NCBI GenBank assembly: GCA_012295275.1
Contig: CM022665.1
Location: 2,976,001 to 3,040,000, forward strand
Length of the DNA stretch: 64,000 nt
Source of the DNA: Chrysomallon squamiferum
Lineage: Eukaryota > Animalia > Mollusca
Direction of reading: 5' to 3'
Program-made: the position numbers and the translations under genes
Shown here: one piece after another, positions 42,601 to 56,890 of the stretch
How positions within the stretch are numbered: position 1 is the stretch's first letter
How the letters are laid out: each line of letters opens with the position of its first letter
Notes under the pieces: model-generated
Seen by the model: only the letters and a program-made list of their open reading frames with translations
Databases searched by the model: none
What the model was told of the DNA's origin: nothing

Positions 42601-45600
42601 GACTCCGTCACTGACTATATAGATCTTTTACATATATATACATACATATTATCATATTATTATTATTAATATTATTGAATCTGATTCAGTACAGTTTATA
42701 TGTAATAATTCCATGAATGACAATAAACATGATTTATAATTTTTATTTTTTATTTTTTTTTAGATTGAAGATGAATACAGTCAATGTATGTATAATTTTT
42801 GTAGTAACTTGATATCTCTGTACGTGTAACTTGTATGTTATCAACTTCTAAACAAGAATCATGATATTTTACTATTTATATACAAATCTATTGTATATTC
42901 ATATTTTACAAACATAAAATAAAGAGACAAATGTTATTCTGTGACATATATGTGTTCTTTGCACATTTATATCAGTATTTCATTTTATTTTCAGTACCAA
43001 AATTTAATGCCTATTTAAAAAGAGCCATGAATGAGTTCTCTGTTTTCCGAGAGGTAAGCTGTATGATCATGTAAAATATTTATTTACATTCTCTTTAAGT
43101 TAATAATATCAAGTCAAAAAGATTAACTTAATTTGTTATTTTGAATATGAGTTTGACATTTCATAAAGTATTGAATTATGCATTATTTAGTTTGTTCTTA
43201 CATTTGTTACTGATAAATTATTTATAAACTGAAAATTAACAAATGTGTCACTGTTTTGTTTTATTTAATCATTTATAATCATGTTATAACTTTTGTTTTG
43301 ATTTTCATTTATCACTGTAAATTAGAAAAGTGCCATCTGTTAAAACTAGATATTTGTCTGTGTGGCACCATTCAACAGTTCCATCCAGTAGCCATTAATT
43401 TGTTTAAAAAAAAAAAAAAAAGTAAACCTCTGATATAGAGCTTACATTTCAAGTTCTTATTAAAATTTACAGTGACAGAGTGACCAAACAAACAGCAGTA
43501 TATCAAACAGTTAGAACATAAACAGAAATTAAATAAGGAATTTTTGTTAAACCAGAATATTTCATTGGTCCAATTTTGACAGAATCAAATGTAATATAAC
43601 ACTTTTTAATATATTTTTTTTCTTTTCTTTCCAAAATAAAACAGAAAATTCAGGAACCCTCCAGACCAAAGCTGTTGCCAGATCCACTTGAGTACCCCTA
43701 TGTTCAGCCAAAGTACACCCTGGTTCTTGAGATGACTGGTGTTTTAGTCCATCCAGACTGGACAGTAAGTTTTACATGTGATGCTGCAAGTTTTTTCATC
43801 TATTCCATCACCAACAGTTTGTATTATCTTAGAACAGATCAAAGTTAAAATCCATTCCATCAAGCAGAAGTCAACAAGTCTTTGCATTATTTCAATAATC
43901 TTTGCATTTTACTTTCTTGATAAATAATTTATTAATATCATTTTTCTTAACTACTTTATCAGTTTGCAAGAATACTAATATTTTATTCAAATTAAAATAC
44001 AGAACATTAAAAATGCTATCATTAGTGCTACTAGTACAGTATTTCAGATTAGCAGTTAAGTCAGTAATGAATTTGTTTTAAAATTGCAGTACAGCACTGG
44101 TTGGAGGTTTAAGAAAAGGCCTGGCATTGATTATTTTCTGCAGATGGTTGCCCCACCTCTGTTTGAAATTGTCATCTACACATCAGAACATGGCTATGTG
44201 AGTTGAAATATTTGTAGTTGTTTTAAATTTCAATTTTTACAGCCCACTATGTTTTGTCAATTGATTTAAAAAAAAAAAAAAAAAAAAAAATCATATTTTA
44301 AAGGTAAGGTGTATTTTCTCATGAAAAAATCTGATATTGAATTATGATCTTTTTCTGTTTTTTAGTCAAGTATAAAAAAATATTCATATACACAAAACTC
44401 GGACACCATTATCACTGAACTGAATATTGAAGAACTGGTAAAACTATAAAAAAAAATTTTTTTTATTAAAAATAAAATTTTATAATGCTGTATTTGTATT
44501 AACATTTTACTAAATTTAATTTTGTATTTTTATTACAGATGGCAGATGCTTTGATCAACAGTCTTGACCCCAATGGTTTTATCATGTATCGTCTGTACAG
44601 AGATACAACACGATACATGGATGGACATCATGTGAAGGTATTTTTCTTTATAATGATTTAAAGTGATATTGTGAATGACATCATTATCAATTAGTTGCAG
44701 GATTTTTTCTTGGAATAATCACATTTGTATGTATATTACTGTAATTAAAAAAGGAAGACTTAAATACTCCCAAATTAAATATACAATTTTTATGTGTAAC
44801 TTTCTTAGAACAAATGGTATAAATTTTGTTTTAACAAAAACTATATCATTTAAATCGAAACTTTACCACATAACATTTCTAAACATGTAAACTATGAATC
44901 TTATAGTTTTAAAACTTCTATAAAGCAAAAAGCTCAGTATTTTAACTTTTTAATCTCTTAATTAGTCATTCTACAGTAAATATTCAGAAGGTTTAGTAAA
45001 ATAGTTTTAATGCAGAAAGTATTAACCAAAGTTATGTTCATCTGTGTTAATTGTATCTCTAATTAAAAAGATAAACATCATGATAATTCTGAAAGTGTAG
45101 TGAAACGTTTTTTAAATCTTATTAATTATTTTATTATGAGAAAAAGCTATGTTTCTTTGTGAATGAAACTTGTTCTAAGCTGCACATATTTTTATGCTTC
45201 TTTCCAAGTAATTTATGTTAATCTCTTCACTACCATGAACAAAAATGTGAACTGATATTACAGCTTAGTGAATGTATTATACAGAATTCCAAATTCTGAA
45301 CCTTTTCCAGGCAGCAGTAATATCTTACAGTTTATGGATCATTTTGTATACACAAACTTTACTGAATATATAAAATCTTGCAGACTGTTATAAATGGAAT
45401 TTTATTTAGAGTTCGATGCTATTCTCAGGCTATTTCTTTGTATTCCAAAATCAAAAATGGTCCAAATTTTAAAACACTTCCAATCCCAAGCATTTTGGAT
45501 AAAGGATTTTGTATTAGTTAAAGTGGTCGTTATATGTCAAAATCATTACCAGTACAGGGGTCACTAAGGTACTTGAGAGGTTAAACAATTCATCTTTATA

Positions 45601-48600
45601 ATATAAATTTAATTATTTTATCTTAATTAAAAAAAGATTTTAAAAAACCCAATAAAAACAAGAACTTCAACAAAAAATAAGTTCAACTTTGCTCTAGGCC
45701 TTTTTTCTTTTCCTTTTTTTTTTTAAATTTACAGTTTGGCAGATGTTAGTGAAATGGATATTAAAATAATTAATAGCAATAATTAAAATTTAAGTATCTT
45801 AAACATTTTTATGATATCTATCTTAAAGATGTATGATGTCTCAATTGAATTAAAGATATTTTTATTTTATAACTTACATATTTCTGTGTTCTCAGGATTT
45901 TTATATTTAAAATAAGCTGGATAAATATATAGACTCTAAAGTTTCCTTCTATTAAATAGATTACTTTTTTTGTTGTTGTTGTGATTAGCTGCTGCTGGTT
46001 TTTTTATTCCCTACCCTGTACAGTTCAAGTAGATTGCAGTATCAATATAATACCTATAAATAACATTTTAATTCATACATAATCTTAATGGATTTCTGGA
46101 TGAGAAAGATAAGTTTTACAAAATAATTTATAATCTCATATATCTTACATACATTATAGCCTTTCTGGAGATTAATTATTTTTAAAAACATTTTTATTAT
46201 TATTTTTATTTGTTTAACACAATCTGCATGATATCAAAATAATTCTCATATCATGTCTGCTCTGTATTGATGAACATTACTGATACGAGGCCTGATCAAA
46301 TGTTGTAAATAAATTAAATATTACTTTTTACATTTGATAGTGAAGAGATTTAACATCGTTGTTTAATATAATTAAATCCTGAGATACAGTTTCTTATTTG
46401 TGATTCTAGTCAAGTAACATTTTCTTAACAACTTGGCAACATGTTGAAAGCATGGACTGACAAATCTTAGACAAGGAAACATTGAACTGTTAAATTGAAT
46501 TTCTGTATCAAATCATTTTAGCAGTCATTTTTAAAAAAGTATGTTCTTACGACATAAAATAAAGTATTTTATATTTCACTGGTTGCTAGCCATCTTGTGT
46601 TGGCTGATAAAATATCTAGAAAATATTATCACAGACATTAAATGTCACCTTTGCTGCTTTTTTTTTCAGAATTAGTATTTATTTATTAATGATGATGCAC
46701 AAAAAAAACCCCAGATATACTGGAGTCACTAATAAAATAAGGTTTTGTATCTTTATTTCACAGAACAAAACACACCAAAAATAAATACTTTCATTAATTT
46801 TGTTTTTATACAAATCTGAAGGGTAGTATTCAACCATAAAATAATCATTTTGTGGAAAAGGTGAGATAACAGTTTTTAGATTTGCATGCACAATTATATT
46901 CATATTATGAATTTTCTCACAGAAGTATATCACACTCATATTCCTCACAAAGTTTTTGTTTGAAGATGACATCTTGCATCAGACTGGATAAAAGTGTCTT
47001 TAACTGTTAGTTATGGTTAATTAATTCATTTATTTTTATCTATGTTTCATCTATAAATATTGTAGAAAATGTGTTCTTTCTTCATTCATATAGGATCTGT
47101 CCTGTTTGAATCGGGATCTGTCAAAAGTTATCTTTCTTGACTGGAATCCCAAGTCATACCGACTGCAGCCAGAAAACACATTCAAACTGAAGAAGTGGAG
47201 TGGTGAAGATGGTGACACTACACTGTATGATTTAGCCAACTTCCTTAAAAGTAAGGATTGTAAATGTTTTCATGTCTTCATTATACATTTCTACTTCCAT
47301 TTCCTGTGTCTCTGCCTCTCTTGTTCAGCTTGCAGAACTGAAGTCAGTTTTAAAAAACTGTACACGTATTTCAATTCTTTCCAGTGAACCCCCCCCCAAA
47401 AAAAAACAATTCAAATTTATGTATCATGTAAATTAAATATCAAAAGAAGAGCCTAAATGTATTTTCTAACATATTATTTAATGATAGAGCACAACAATCA
47501 TGACATAACATTTTGTTGTTGTTGTTGTTGTCATGAATGTATTTATCACACATAGAAGAAACAGATATAAAAAGAAAAAATGTTCTGATTAATTGAGTTA
47601 CAGCAACTTGATTGTCATTACAAGGTGGTTGGTTATAATTTTTTTTATTATTATCATTTTTACAGGGTTTTTTTTATATAGATATAGATATATACATATG
47701 AGGGAGTTTATTTTTATTTTTTTATTATTTTTATTTTCTTAATAAATACTTTATTATTATTAAATAAAACAAATGAGAAGTATCAAAATACATATTTCAA
47801 AATTTTAAATATTAATGGTTACAGTACATACTTACAATGTTTTAACGTCAGTCTGCCTTTTGCTTCAAAACTTGTCAGATATTTCCATTTTTGTTTAGTG
47901 TTAGCCATTTTTATATTTTTATTTTATTTTTTTTTTTTGATAAATCTTATAAAGAAATAATTATTTGACAGTTCTTGCTTCAATTTCTGTTAGAAAACTG
48001 AAAACATAAAACTAAATTTAGTTTTTCTCAGTTCAGTGTTACTGTTGTCTAATGTCTGAGATAAAACAGAATTAAAGTTTTTAAACTGTATATTCTGTTA
48101 TCAGTATACTTAAATTAAGCCAGTTTATAATCACACACAGATTTTACCTTTTTATCTTTTAGATACAATTTGTGTTTATTTTATTTTTTATCTTTATTAT
48201 AATTATTTTTTAATTTTAATTTAATCTTTATTTTTATTTTTATTTTTATTTTTATTTTCATATTGTTTATTAAAAGGAAACATAACATTAAACTTACCAT
48301 TAAAAAGAAAAATTATGATGGATGGATGGATGTGTGTATGTGTGTATATTCTTTTTTAAATTTCTACTGACATTTTATCACTGTGATAAAACCTCTCTCA
48401 TAGTCCATTCTTTAACATGGTGGGGGGACTTGTACATCTCAATGTCCCAAAGATCTGTGCCTGCAGTTTTGGCTTTTGTTAGGGACACCCATGTTGGACT
48501 GGTCAATGGGTAGAGACTAGATAAGGGTTAAGGGTTAGGTAGCCATAACACAAACTGTAACTGCTGAAGTGAGAAGTGCTGGGCCACACAGCCCACTCTA

Positions 48601-48711
48601 ATAAAACACAGACCTGTGCATCAACATCTGTTATGACTGCTGGGATAAAATAAAATACAACACTTAACAAAGTTGTCAATTTTTAATATGATTTTAATTG
48701 TTCACTCAAAA

Positions 48712-48746
<35 letters not shown>

Positions 48747-50709
48747 ATTTAAAAAATTAATTACTCAGTTAAGATTATTTAAAAGGAAGTAATTACTTCA
48801 AATTATATCCGTTGTTTCAAAAATAAATGGTTTAATTTATTTGCAGGTAGAAAATTGCAACCTTGTTCACCTTCCTTCCCTTAACCCTGGTGATTTAATA
48901 TTAATAAGTTTCGAATAAACTGCTCTTGGCTAGTAACTGTTTTCCTATGACATCATGCTTAAAATACTTAAAGATAAAAAGAACATATTAACCTCCATAA
49001 ATTTATTTCAATTTGCAGTTTTTCAACGTTTTATCTTTATAGAGAGAGAGGATATATCAAACTATAGATTTATTTGCATCTTCAGCATTTTTCAGTTATT
49101 GCATTCTCACTCGTTTACAGTTAGGTCATAACGATCCGATACCACCAGGTCATAATGATCCAGTCTTAGAGTTACGATTATTTGTTACCATGGTGACAAA
49201 CAGTTTATCTGGTGTTTACATTTTGATAAAGGTGATACTTCATAATTAATTCCAAACTGCTTAGCTACATGTTTACCAGATACTGTTGTTTTTGGAGAAA
49301 ACAAAACAGTGGATTGCCCATCCCGCAATCAGTTGTTTAATAATGTATTTACATCAGTAATGGAAAACTGTTAAGTCATAGCTGAATGAACGCAGTCTAT
49401 TAATTCAGAATCATCTAGAAACAAGGAAGATACCTAAATGTTTCCTTCCATTTTCAAAATGTTTTAACATATTATTTCATAGCTTACGTGTTTTTGATCA
49501 TTTTAAAAATGTCGATGGAAAAAGCCTGAACAGTTAATGAATACAATAATAATTTCTATTGTGTTAATGTTAAAATTATATTCCATACAGTACATATCTA
49601 ATAAAACTTTATATTATTATTTCTTTTTAATGATTATTCTTGTCTTGTTTCAACTGCAAAATATTTAATTTATTTAGAATAAAAAATCTTAGTGCAAAAA
49701 TGTATATGATAATTTCATCCCAAAATAATTTTATTTAAAAAATAAAAAAATCAATAAAAAGAAGAAAAAAAAATCTAATAAATATAATTAAATGTAGTTT
49801 CTAACATAACAGTAAATAACTGCTCTGGATGCAGTTGTCTTTTTTGTAATTTGCAGCAGTTCCATTTTGTTACGTGTCTGGTAAAATGTCACATTAATGG
49901 ATTTTTTATTGTCTGTAATAGAGAAAAAGAGGAAGTAAATTCCACTGACATCTGATTATTGAATTGTCATCTATTTTTTTTTTCTTCACCTTGTTTATCC
50001 AGTTATCGCACTGCAAAGTTATTAAACGTCATTGTGTAGCTAATCAGTTGAGTTATAACTTGTTATTTTGGCCCCCTCAGCAAGTATTACCAGATCATGC
50101 ATCAATAACTATTGACATGTGAGGAAAATTGTAATTAACTTGTTCTGATTTACATTCACTGCAATAATTTATATCTTTGTTCTTTCCTTTTCTTTTCTCT
50201 AATCCCTGATTGAAAAATACAGAAATAGATTAACTCAACATTTAATATTTTGTTGTAAAGAAAATCTTAACTTTTATTATTATTATCTTTTTAAAAAATT
50301 AATTTCACAAGCAGAATTTTGTATTCAATTCTAAACTGAATAAAAAGAATTTCTAATTTAACAAACGGTCAAGTAACACTCTCATTCAGTTGATAAGATT
50401 TTACCAGAAAAATTGTTTTAATAAAATAAAGACTATATGAGTTATTGATTTTATTTAAGTATTAATACAAAAGGAAATTATTTATATTTTTTTATTTTTT
50501 TTTTATTATTGCTCTTCAATTTTCTCAGTTGTTTTTTCACTTACAGACTAATTAATGACTAATTTGAACTTGCAACCAACAAAACCCTTAATAATATAAT
50601 ATTTATACATTCCATAAATACTAATTAGAGTTAGGTTAAATACTGGAGTTTGTATTTTTAGAAGGGGTTTATATATTAGCAGAATTTTTGGCTGTTATTT
50701 TTATATTTT

Positions 50710-50744
<35 letters not shown>

Positions 50745-51489
50745 TTGTTGCTGTTGTTGTTGTTGTTGTTGTCTGATATTTGGGTTATGTGACAGCTGTT
50801 GCAGCCAGTGGTGTAGAGGACATCAGGCCTGTGATGGAGTACTACAGTCAGTTTGACGACCCTGTAGCAGCTTTTAAAGAAAATCAGAGGAAACTTCAAG
50901 TAAGACATTAAATTAGAAACCTCGTAAGAAATGTTGATGACTTACTTAGATACTGGAGGTTGAATCTTGTATTACTGTATTAATAATAAAAACAAACTAT
51001 CTAAATTAACTTTTTGCTTGAATTATTTCTTGTTTTTTTTTTATTTATTTATTTTATTTGTATTTCTTTTCTTCTTCAGGTTTTTTTTTTTTTTTTTTTT
51101 TTTAGTAAACTATTTTGGCAAAGAGTGCATTCTTTCTGTGGCTTTTAAACAAAAAACAACAACAATTTTTGAATTTATAAATTTTAAGAAAAATATTTTA
51201 TAATTTATTTTTGGGAAGGCCATTAAGTATAATTTTGATTCCATGATTTAAACAATATTTACAATTACTATTATTATATATATATATATTTTTTTTTTAT
51301 TTTATTTTTTTTTTTTTTTTTTTTTTAATTTTAATTAATTATTAATAAAGTTCTAAATAAAATAAAAACTATGTACTAAAACTTGTTATTTTCACAAAGG
51401 AGCAGGAGGAGGCTTTGGCACTGCAGCAGAAGAAGGAGGTGAAGAAGCCAATGGTAAGCTGGGCTGGACTCAGTCTGTTTAAGAGGTGA
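39611..51489 (+). CDS. TIMM50: Mitochondrial import inner membrane translocase subunit TIM50, 10 exons, 385 aa
   Basis: Exons 39611-39977, 42505-42536, 42764-42785, 42995-43053, 43645-43764, 44090-44197, 44539-44637, 47094-47250, 50796-50899, 51400-51489. Total 1158 nt. Basic presequence, one TM helix, then [77 protein letters not shown] and [13 protein letters not shown]. Start could be a downstream in-frame ATG. Confidence 0.95.
41413..41540 (-). mobile_element. hAT (ZBED1-like) transposase fragment in TIMM50 intron 1
   Basis: Minus strand with one frameshift: [19 protein letters not shown] / [23 protein letters not shown], matching the hAT block AI..FI.KDL.P...VE..GF..ML..LEP.Y..PSR..F. 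The remnant probably extends to about 41860. Confidence 0.75.
45280..45513 (+). mobile_element. Tigger4/MER46-like MITE remnant in TIMM50 intron 7
   Basis: 45441-45513 TATTCCAAAATCAAAAATGGTCCAAATTTTAAAACACTTCCAATCCCAAGCATTTTGGATAAAGGAT resembles the recalled Tigger4 terminus. Left boundary uncertain. Confidence 0.55.
48405..48670 (+). mobile_element. RTE-clade 5'-leader-like sequence (non-autonomous retroelement remnant) in TIMM50 intron 8
   Basis: GC-elevated island ATGGTGGGGGGACTTGTACATCTCAATGTCCC...GTTAGGGACACCCATGTTGGACTGGTCAATGGGTAGAGACTAGA resembles the recalled 5' UTR of RTE/Expander/BovB elements. Ends in an A-rich tail. Confidence 0.55.
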
Positions 51490-51679
51490 TGGCTGCCACA
51501 CTTCCTGTTCACTGGACACACATCACCAGTGTTCTTTTATATAACTATTTACAGAACTTAGAATAAAGTTAAAATAACAAACATTCAGCAGCGACAAAAG
51601 CCTTTAAAAAGATAAAAAATCACAAAAACATTTTGTATATCATGGACTGTGGGTGGGTGAGTTTAAATGTTGGATTTAT

Positions 51680-51724
<45 letters not shown>

Positions 51725-54700
51725 TATATCTATTAAAATCCTGCAAGCAGGATACAAATTCAGTGACTGTTGTGTATAGTTGTTAAATTAATCTGGCAAT
51801 TAATGTTTGTCTTTTTCTTTTATTTAATTTTATTTTGAATTTTATTTTTATCTTTAATTTTTGCTCAAAGGTATAATGGAATGTTACTGCAGTATTTTAA
51901 TCCTTTTAACACTTGCAATATCCTGATAATTCAAAACGTTCAGAAATAGAAGCAAAGAAAAATAAATGGTAGAAAAACTACTTAAGAAATGACTTTATGG
52001 ATCTAGTGTTTAATGTTCAAATGTCCACTGCCTTATTTTTTATATTTTTTTTTTAATTGCTGTTTTTGATATATCATCTAATGAAATTTCTAACAACAGT
52101 ATAATACTAGACAAAAGAAAAATAAATTGTTGTAGATAGTCCACAGAAATCATTTTTACTATAATGTTTTTGTAATTTCTATCATCATTTCCTTCACGTA
52201 ACTATGTGATGTGTCCTGTTCTATTTGTTTAGTTTAAATATTATATAGGAAATTTCAGCCTTCCACTTGTAACTTTCAGAGAAATCTGTTTTAAGATTTT
52301 GATGTATTTGCCAGATGATTTTTTTTTGTTGTTGTTTTTTTCCCATTACATGACAGATATAACGATGGAAGTTCAAATCCCAAAACTGTCCACAATCATA
52401 TAGCATAGAATGGTGAACTGCAGACATACCACAGACACTTGTATATCAAAGACTACAGACAGTGCTGTCAGGGAAAAGACTGCTTGCTGCTATGTGTTTT
52501 GCTTGATTTCAAAATACGACAGGACATCCAAGACTTTTGACTGGTTCATTTTCATGTAATTTGTATTTCATTATATTCATGCATGAATTAAAATGAAGGT
52601 CAAACTTAGTTGAAAACATGCATAGTATGAACCCTGATTAGCATTTCCATGTTGTTAATTAGCAATGTGACAACATAAATTAGGTTTGTAATTCAATATC
52701 TTTCATTTCTGAAGAGTGAAATATGAAACAAACCTTACACTTGGTGTTTCTAAACACACTCAGCTGACATTTTTGTTTGCTGCTGATAAATAACCATTGC
52801 TAATAATTTCATAGCCTATGCTATGACTAATTTTGGCAGTTTCTTACGCAAAAAAAGATTTTAAACAACTAGAACAGTTGTTTGGGCATATATAAAATTT
52901 ATTTAGATAAATATTAAATCTTATAATGTAGCCACTGATTCTTCCTTGAATTAGAAAACTATTTCTCTTAACTTTAAAAAGAATGATGTTTATCAAATAT
53001 CTTTTAAAAAGAAAAAAGTATCAAAAATAAAAACTATGAATTTGTTTTGATTTTAACCAAATTTTGAATGTATATTTTGAACGGGTGAAGTTTCTGTTCC
53101 ATTTTAATAAAATGTTTTTAAATCATCGTGAATTTTAGTTGGCTTGGTTACGATTTGGCTGAAATTTCCTCATTACGTGTTGTGCATGGCAGGTAAAATT
53201 CTGGTAATAGCCTTGTACATACAAATTTTGATGCTGCGCAGACATTTTCATCATTTTTTTATTTTACATTAGAACACAGAGTGTGCATAACAAGAAAACA
53301 TACATGTCAAACTGGTGTGTGATTGGAATAAAAAAAATACAGATTATTTTTGTTGTTCTTTTTCTCTCAGTTTCAAAGATATAGTATTTAAATGGTTTGG
53401 TTGGTGTTGTTTTTGTGTTTTTTTGTTTGTTATTTTTTTAGAAAAAAATAAATAAAAATCACTGGAAAATGCTGACATGTCATTATCCATTAATCCTGTC
53501 AGAAGTAATTCATGATGTCATTTCTTGTCGAAATTGTTGGTCTGAAAAAGATATTTTTATTTCTGTTGTATTTTGTTACAGGCTATTTCAGTCTTAATTA
53601 TTTTTATGGGGTTTATTTTAATCCAGTTACAGGATTTCCAAGATGATTGTTACAAAAAGCTTTTACGCCTTTTCTAATGCAATAATCAATTTTTGGTGAA
53701 TTGCAGTACAGTTTTTATATGAAGTTACTTTTTAAAACTAGTTATTTTGCAGATTATCTTGCATATTAAAATACAGTTTAATGAACTTCCTTTAATTAAT
53801 TGCAGATAACCGTTATGTGATTATTTCTCAAAATAAAAATAAAAATTGTTTCTGTTGACAAATTATGAGGTAGACTGATCATCATGTTAATATATAAAGT
53901 TAGGTTATTTGAATAACTTAAAATTATGATATCTTTCATTCTGTATGAATGCATAGGTTGTACTTCAGTGTTTTTAGTAATTCGGTTTAGTCAAAACAAA
54001 TGTATATAAAATAAATAAAACGAGTAGATAAATGTATATCAGTGATATACATTAATAGTATAAAAAATATATATTTATGAATTAATTGAATTTATAAAAC
54101 AAGATGTGTATGTAACTATATATTTTTATCTTGTTATTAGTGTTAATATTTTTATATTTTTTTATTATTTTATTTTTTATTTTTATTATTATTTTTAATT
54201 AGTAAAGGATAAAGGAATGGAAAAAAAAAGGTAACTTCAATTGACAGAAATAAATAAAAACAAACAAAAAAGCTGTTGTTAATACAAGACCATTAACAAC
54301 AGGAGAAGCATCAACAGAAGGACTCTGTCTGTGTTTGGTTTTCAATTAAAGCCATTTACTAAATAAACACCAGTTAGGCCAGACAAGACAATTATATTAT
54401 TCCTCCGCCAATCAAAATTGGAAATTCACATAGCACAAAACATAGTTTTAATTTTAGCCTTAAATGTCTAACATTGCTTCTTGAAAGAGACAGTTTTTGT
54501 TGTTACATCACCCACTACTCCACCCTTTACCAACAATTTGCAAAAGTTGCAAACAGCAGTTTCGTTTGGCTGGGACTAAAACAACAATGATGCAGGCCAC
54601 TTATCTTGCTGTAATGTTTTGTTGCATGGAAAATGTTTTTCCCTCCTTGTAGCCATGACAAAGTTATGGAATAGTTGCACTGCCAAAGAAACAATCAATA

Positions 54701-56300
54701 CACAAGCTAAGCACAACAAGAGATAAAATTTACTTTTCTAGGCATGTGTGTGACTTTCCCATCAGTGTACATTCGTTGCTGATGCTAGACATAAATGCGT
54801 TGTAATGTACTTTGTGGAAGTTCTATTTATTTATTTATTTTTCTTCAATTATCGATGATTTTTGACAATCAGACATACAGAAAAATCTCCAAGGTAAGAG
54901 TCTTTGTATGTTTTTTACTTGTCTTGCAGTGATGCAGGTTTCAGTTTTTTTTTTTAAAGTTTAATACTGATGTATCGTGAATGACTGATGTATGTGGAAA
55001 AGTTTACAAATTATTTCAAAGGGCTTTTTCTATTGTATGTTTAACCAGATTCAATAACAGTACAGCTAAATCTTTTCCACAACTTTATGATTTATTTCTG
55101 TTAACATCTTCTTGTGTTTAATTTCTTAATTACATGACATTCTTTGACGACTGGTTGTCTTCACATTTTTACAAGTTACCAAAGCACGGTTTTCTCATAT
55201 ATACATTTGAAATGTTTTCGTAATTGGCCAGCTAGATGTTGAAATAATAGAAATATCAGAATGAAATTATTTTTTGTTTTTGCTTTACATTTTTTAGTGA
55301 TAGAATAATTGTGTATTTGAGTATCAGTTATTTTACCTAAATCAAATTTTACTTAAGATAAACTTTTGGAAATATTTTTTTTTGTTGTTTTAAATTAACT
55401 TCCACCATTATTTAATTCCTACATTTTATTCTTTATTTACCTTATATCAGCACCAATTTTCATGTTTTATAAATTAAATAAATAACATTACCACATTTAA
55501 AATTTAAATAAAAATTGTGTTTCAAATGTTTCTTTGAACAATCTTTATAAAATTTGAAACAATATCTCATAAAATACATTTTGTTTCAGACAACTTGAAT
55601 TTTTTTTTTTAATGAATAGCATGAAGTGTTTTAGAATATTTCCAAAACTATGATACAGGCAAGGTTTTGTTTCAAACTTGCACATATTTAAACAGTATCT
55701 CTAACATACACTCAAAACAGCATTGTGTTGTGTCGAGTTTTAATTAATTCCACAGCTGAAATTTGCACGTTGATTTAGTGACATGAATTATGCATAATTT
55801 ATTCATTTCAGTTTATACAGAATAATTCTGCTGTTTGAAAATTAAAATTATTACCATTAATGCAGCCATGACTAGTCTCTTTTTTTCTTTTAATTTTTTT
55901 TTATTTGTGTTTTTTATTTTAATTTTAGATGACTTGTGAATACAAAATTGATTTATGTATTTTACAAAACTGCATACTGAATAATGTGAAATATTTTACA
56001 TTAAACTATTTCACATCATGTTTTATTTTTAAATGAGGTTCAAGTCTGAGTTGGTAAAAATATTTAAATTTTAATGTGTGGTTCTATTATCTTACTAAAT
56101 CACATTATATTATAATTAATTAATTCTATATGCAACCAATTTTTTATTTTATTTTAGTGTTAAAGGAAAAAAGGTACAAATAACAGACCTGTTACAATTT
56201 TTTATATTATTTAAAGGAGACGACTGTTCTAATTCATGTGTGTGAAAGAGTGACCTCCCTTCAGTAATGTTATTAAATCTTCTCAGAATTTTTCAGATTA

Positions 56301-56619
56301 CAGGTTGAAGTTCTCAAACTCAGCATTATTGGGACCAGCACCATGCTGACTTTTGGAATATTAATATACCTCATGGAAAATTCTGGCCTGAGGCATCAAC
56401 ATGATGTCAGATATCTTCATTCCTTTATTACAATGCTGCCATATTCATTGCATCAGCACTTTCTCCAGTTCTTCACTTTTTCCATGCCTCATAGTTTTAT
56501 GTCCATACCTTTCATCATTTCACTTGCTACATAATATTCTCTCAACAGTGTCTTCTGTTTCTTAAGGTCATACATAGTTTTCAGAGTTGGAGCATCAATA
56601 TTCATGATCTTTTTTTTTA

Positions 56620-56650
<31 letters not shown>

Positions 56651-56890
56651 TTTCCTGTTGTACTCAGTATTTTGTTCTTCCTTTACTTTATAGAGGCCTT
56701 AAAGGGTAATGCTGGGTACTTACGGGAGGGGTATTTTCACTGCAGAACTGTGTAATAATGTCTGTTAATGTCCAAACACAAGGAACAAGGTACAGATCTG
56801 CACTGTGTATGCTATACAAAAGAATATCAGGTAGTGGGAGTTTACTGACTTCACATATTTTGTAATGCCAGCTTTGGGAACTTCAAGCTG
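56301..56890 (-). mobile_element. Internally deleted Tigger4/Jerky-like pogo transposon, 590 bp, TA target duplication
   Basis: TA|CAGGTTGAAGTTCTCAAACTCAGCA at left; right end reverse complement TA|CAGCTTGAAGTTCCCAAAGCTGGCA. Minus-strand remnant TMYDLKKQKTLLREYYVASE / KTMRHGKSEELEKVLMQ*IWQHCNKGMKISDIMLMPQA corresponds to the two CENP-B-type HTH domains. Confidence 0.85.

Noticed and set aside
43720-43745. TIM50 lacks the DxDxT phosphatase motif (reads EMTGV)
   Set aside because: Known degenerate state in animal TIM50 (human ELTGV), so not novel.
48523-48540. Telomere-like AGGGTTAAGGGTTAGG
   Set aside because: Only two imperfect units inside the RTE-like remnant; not an interstitial telomere array.
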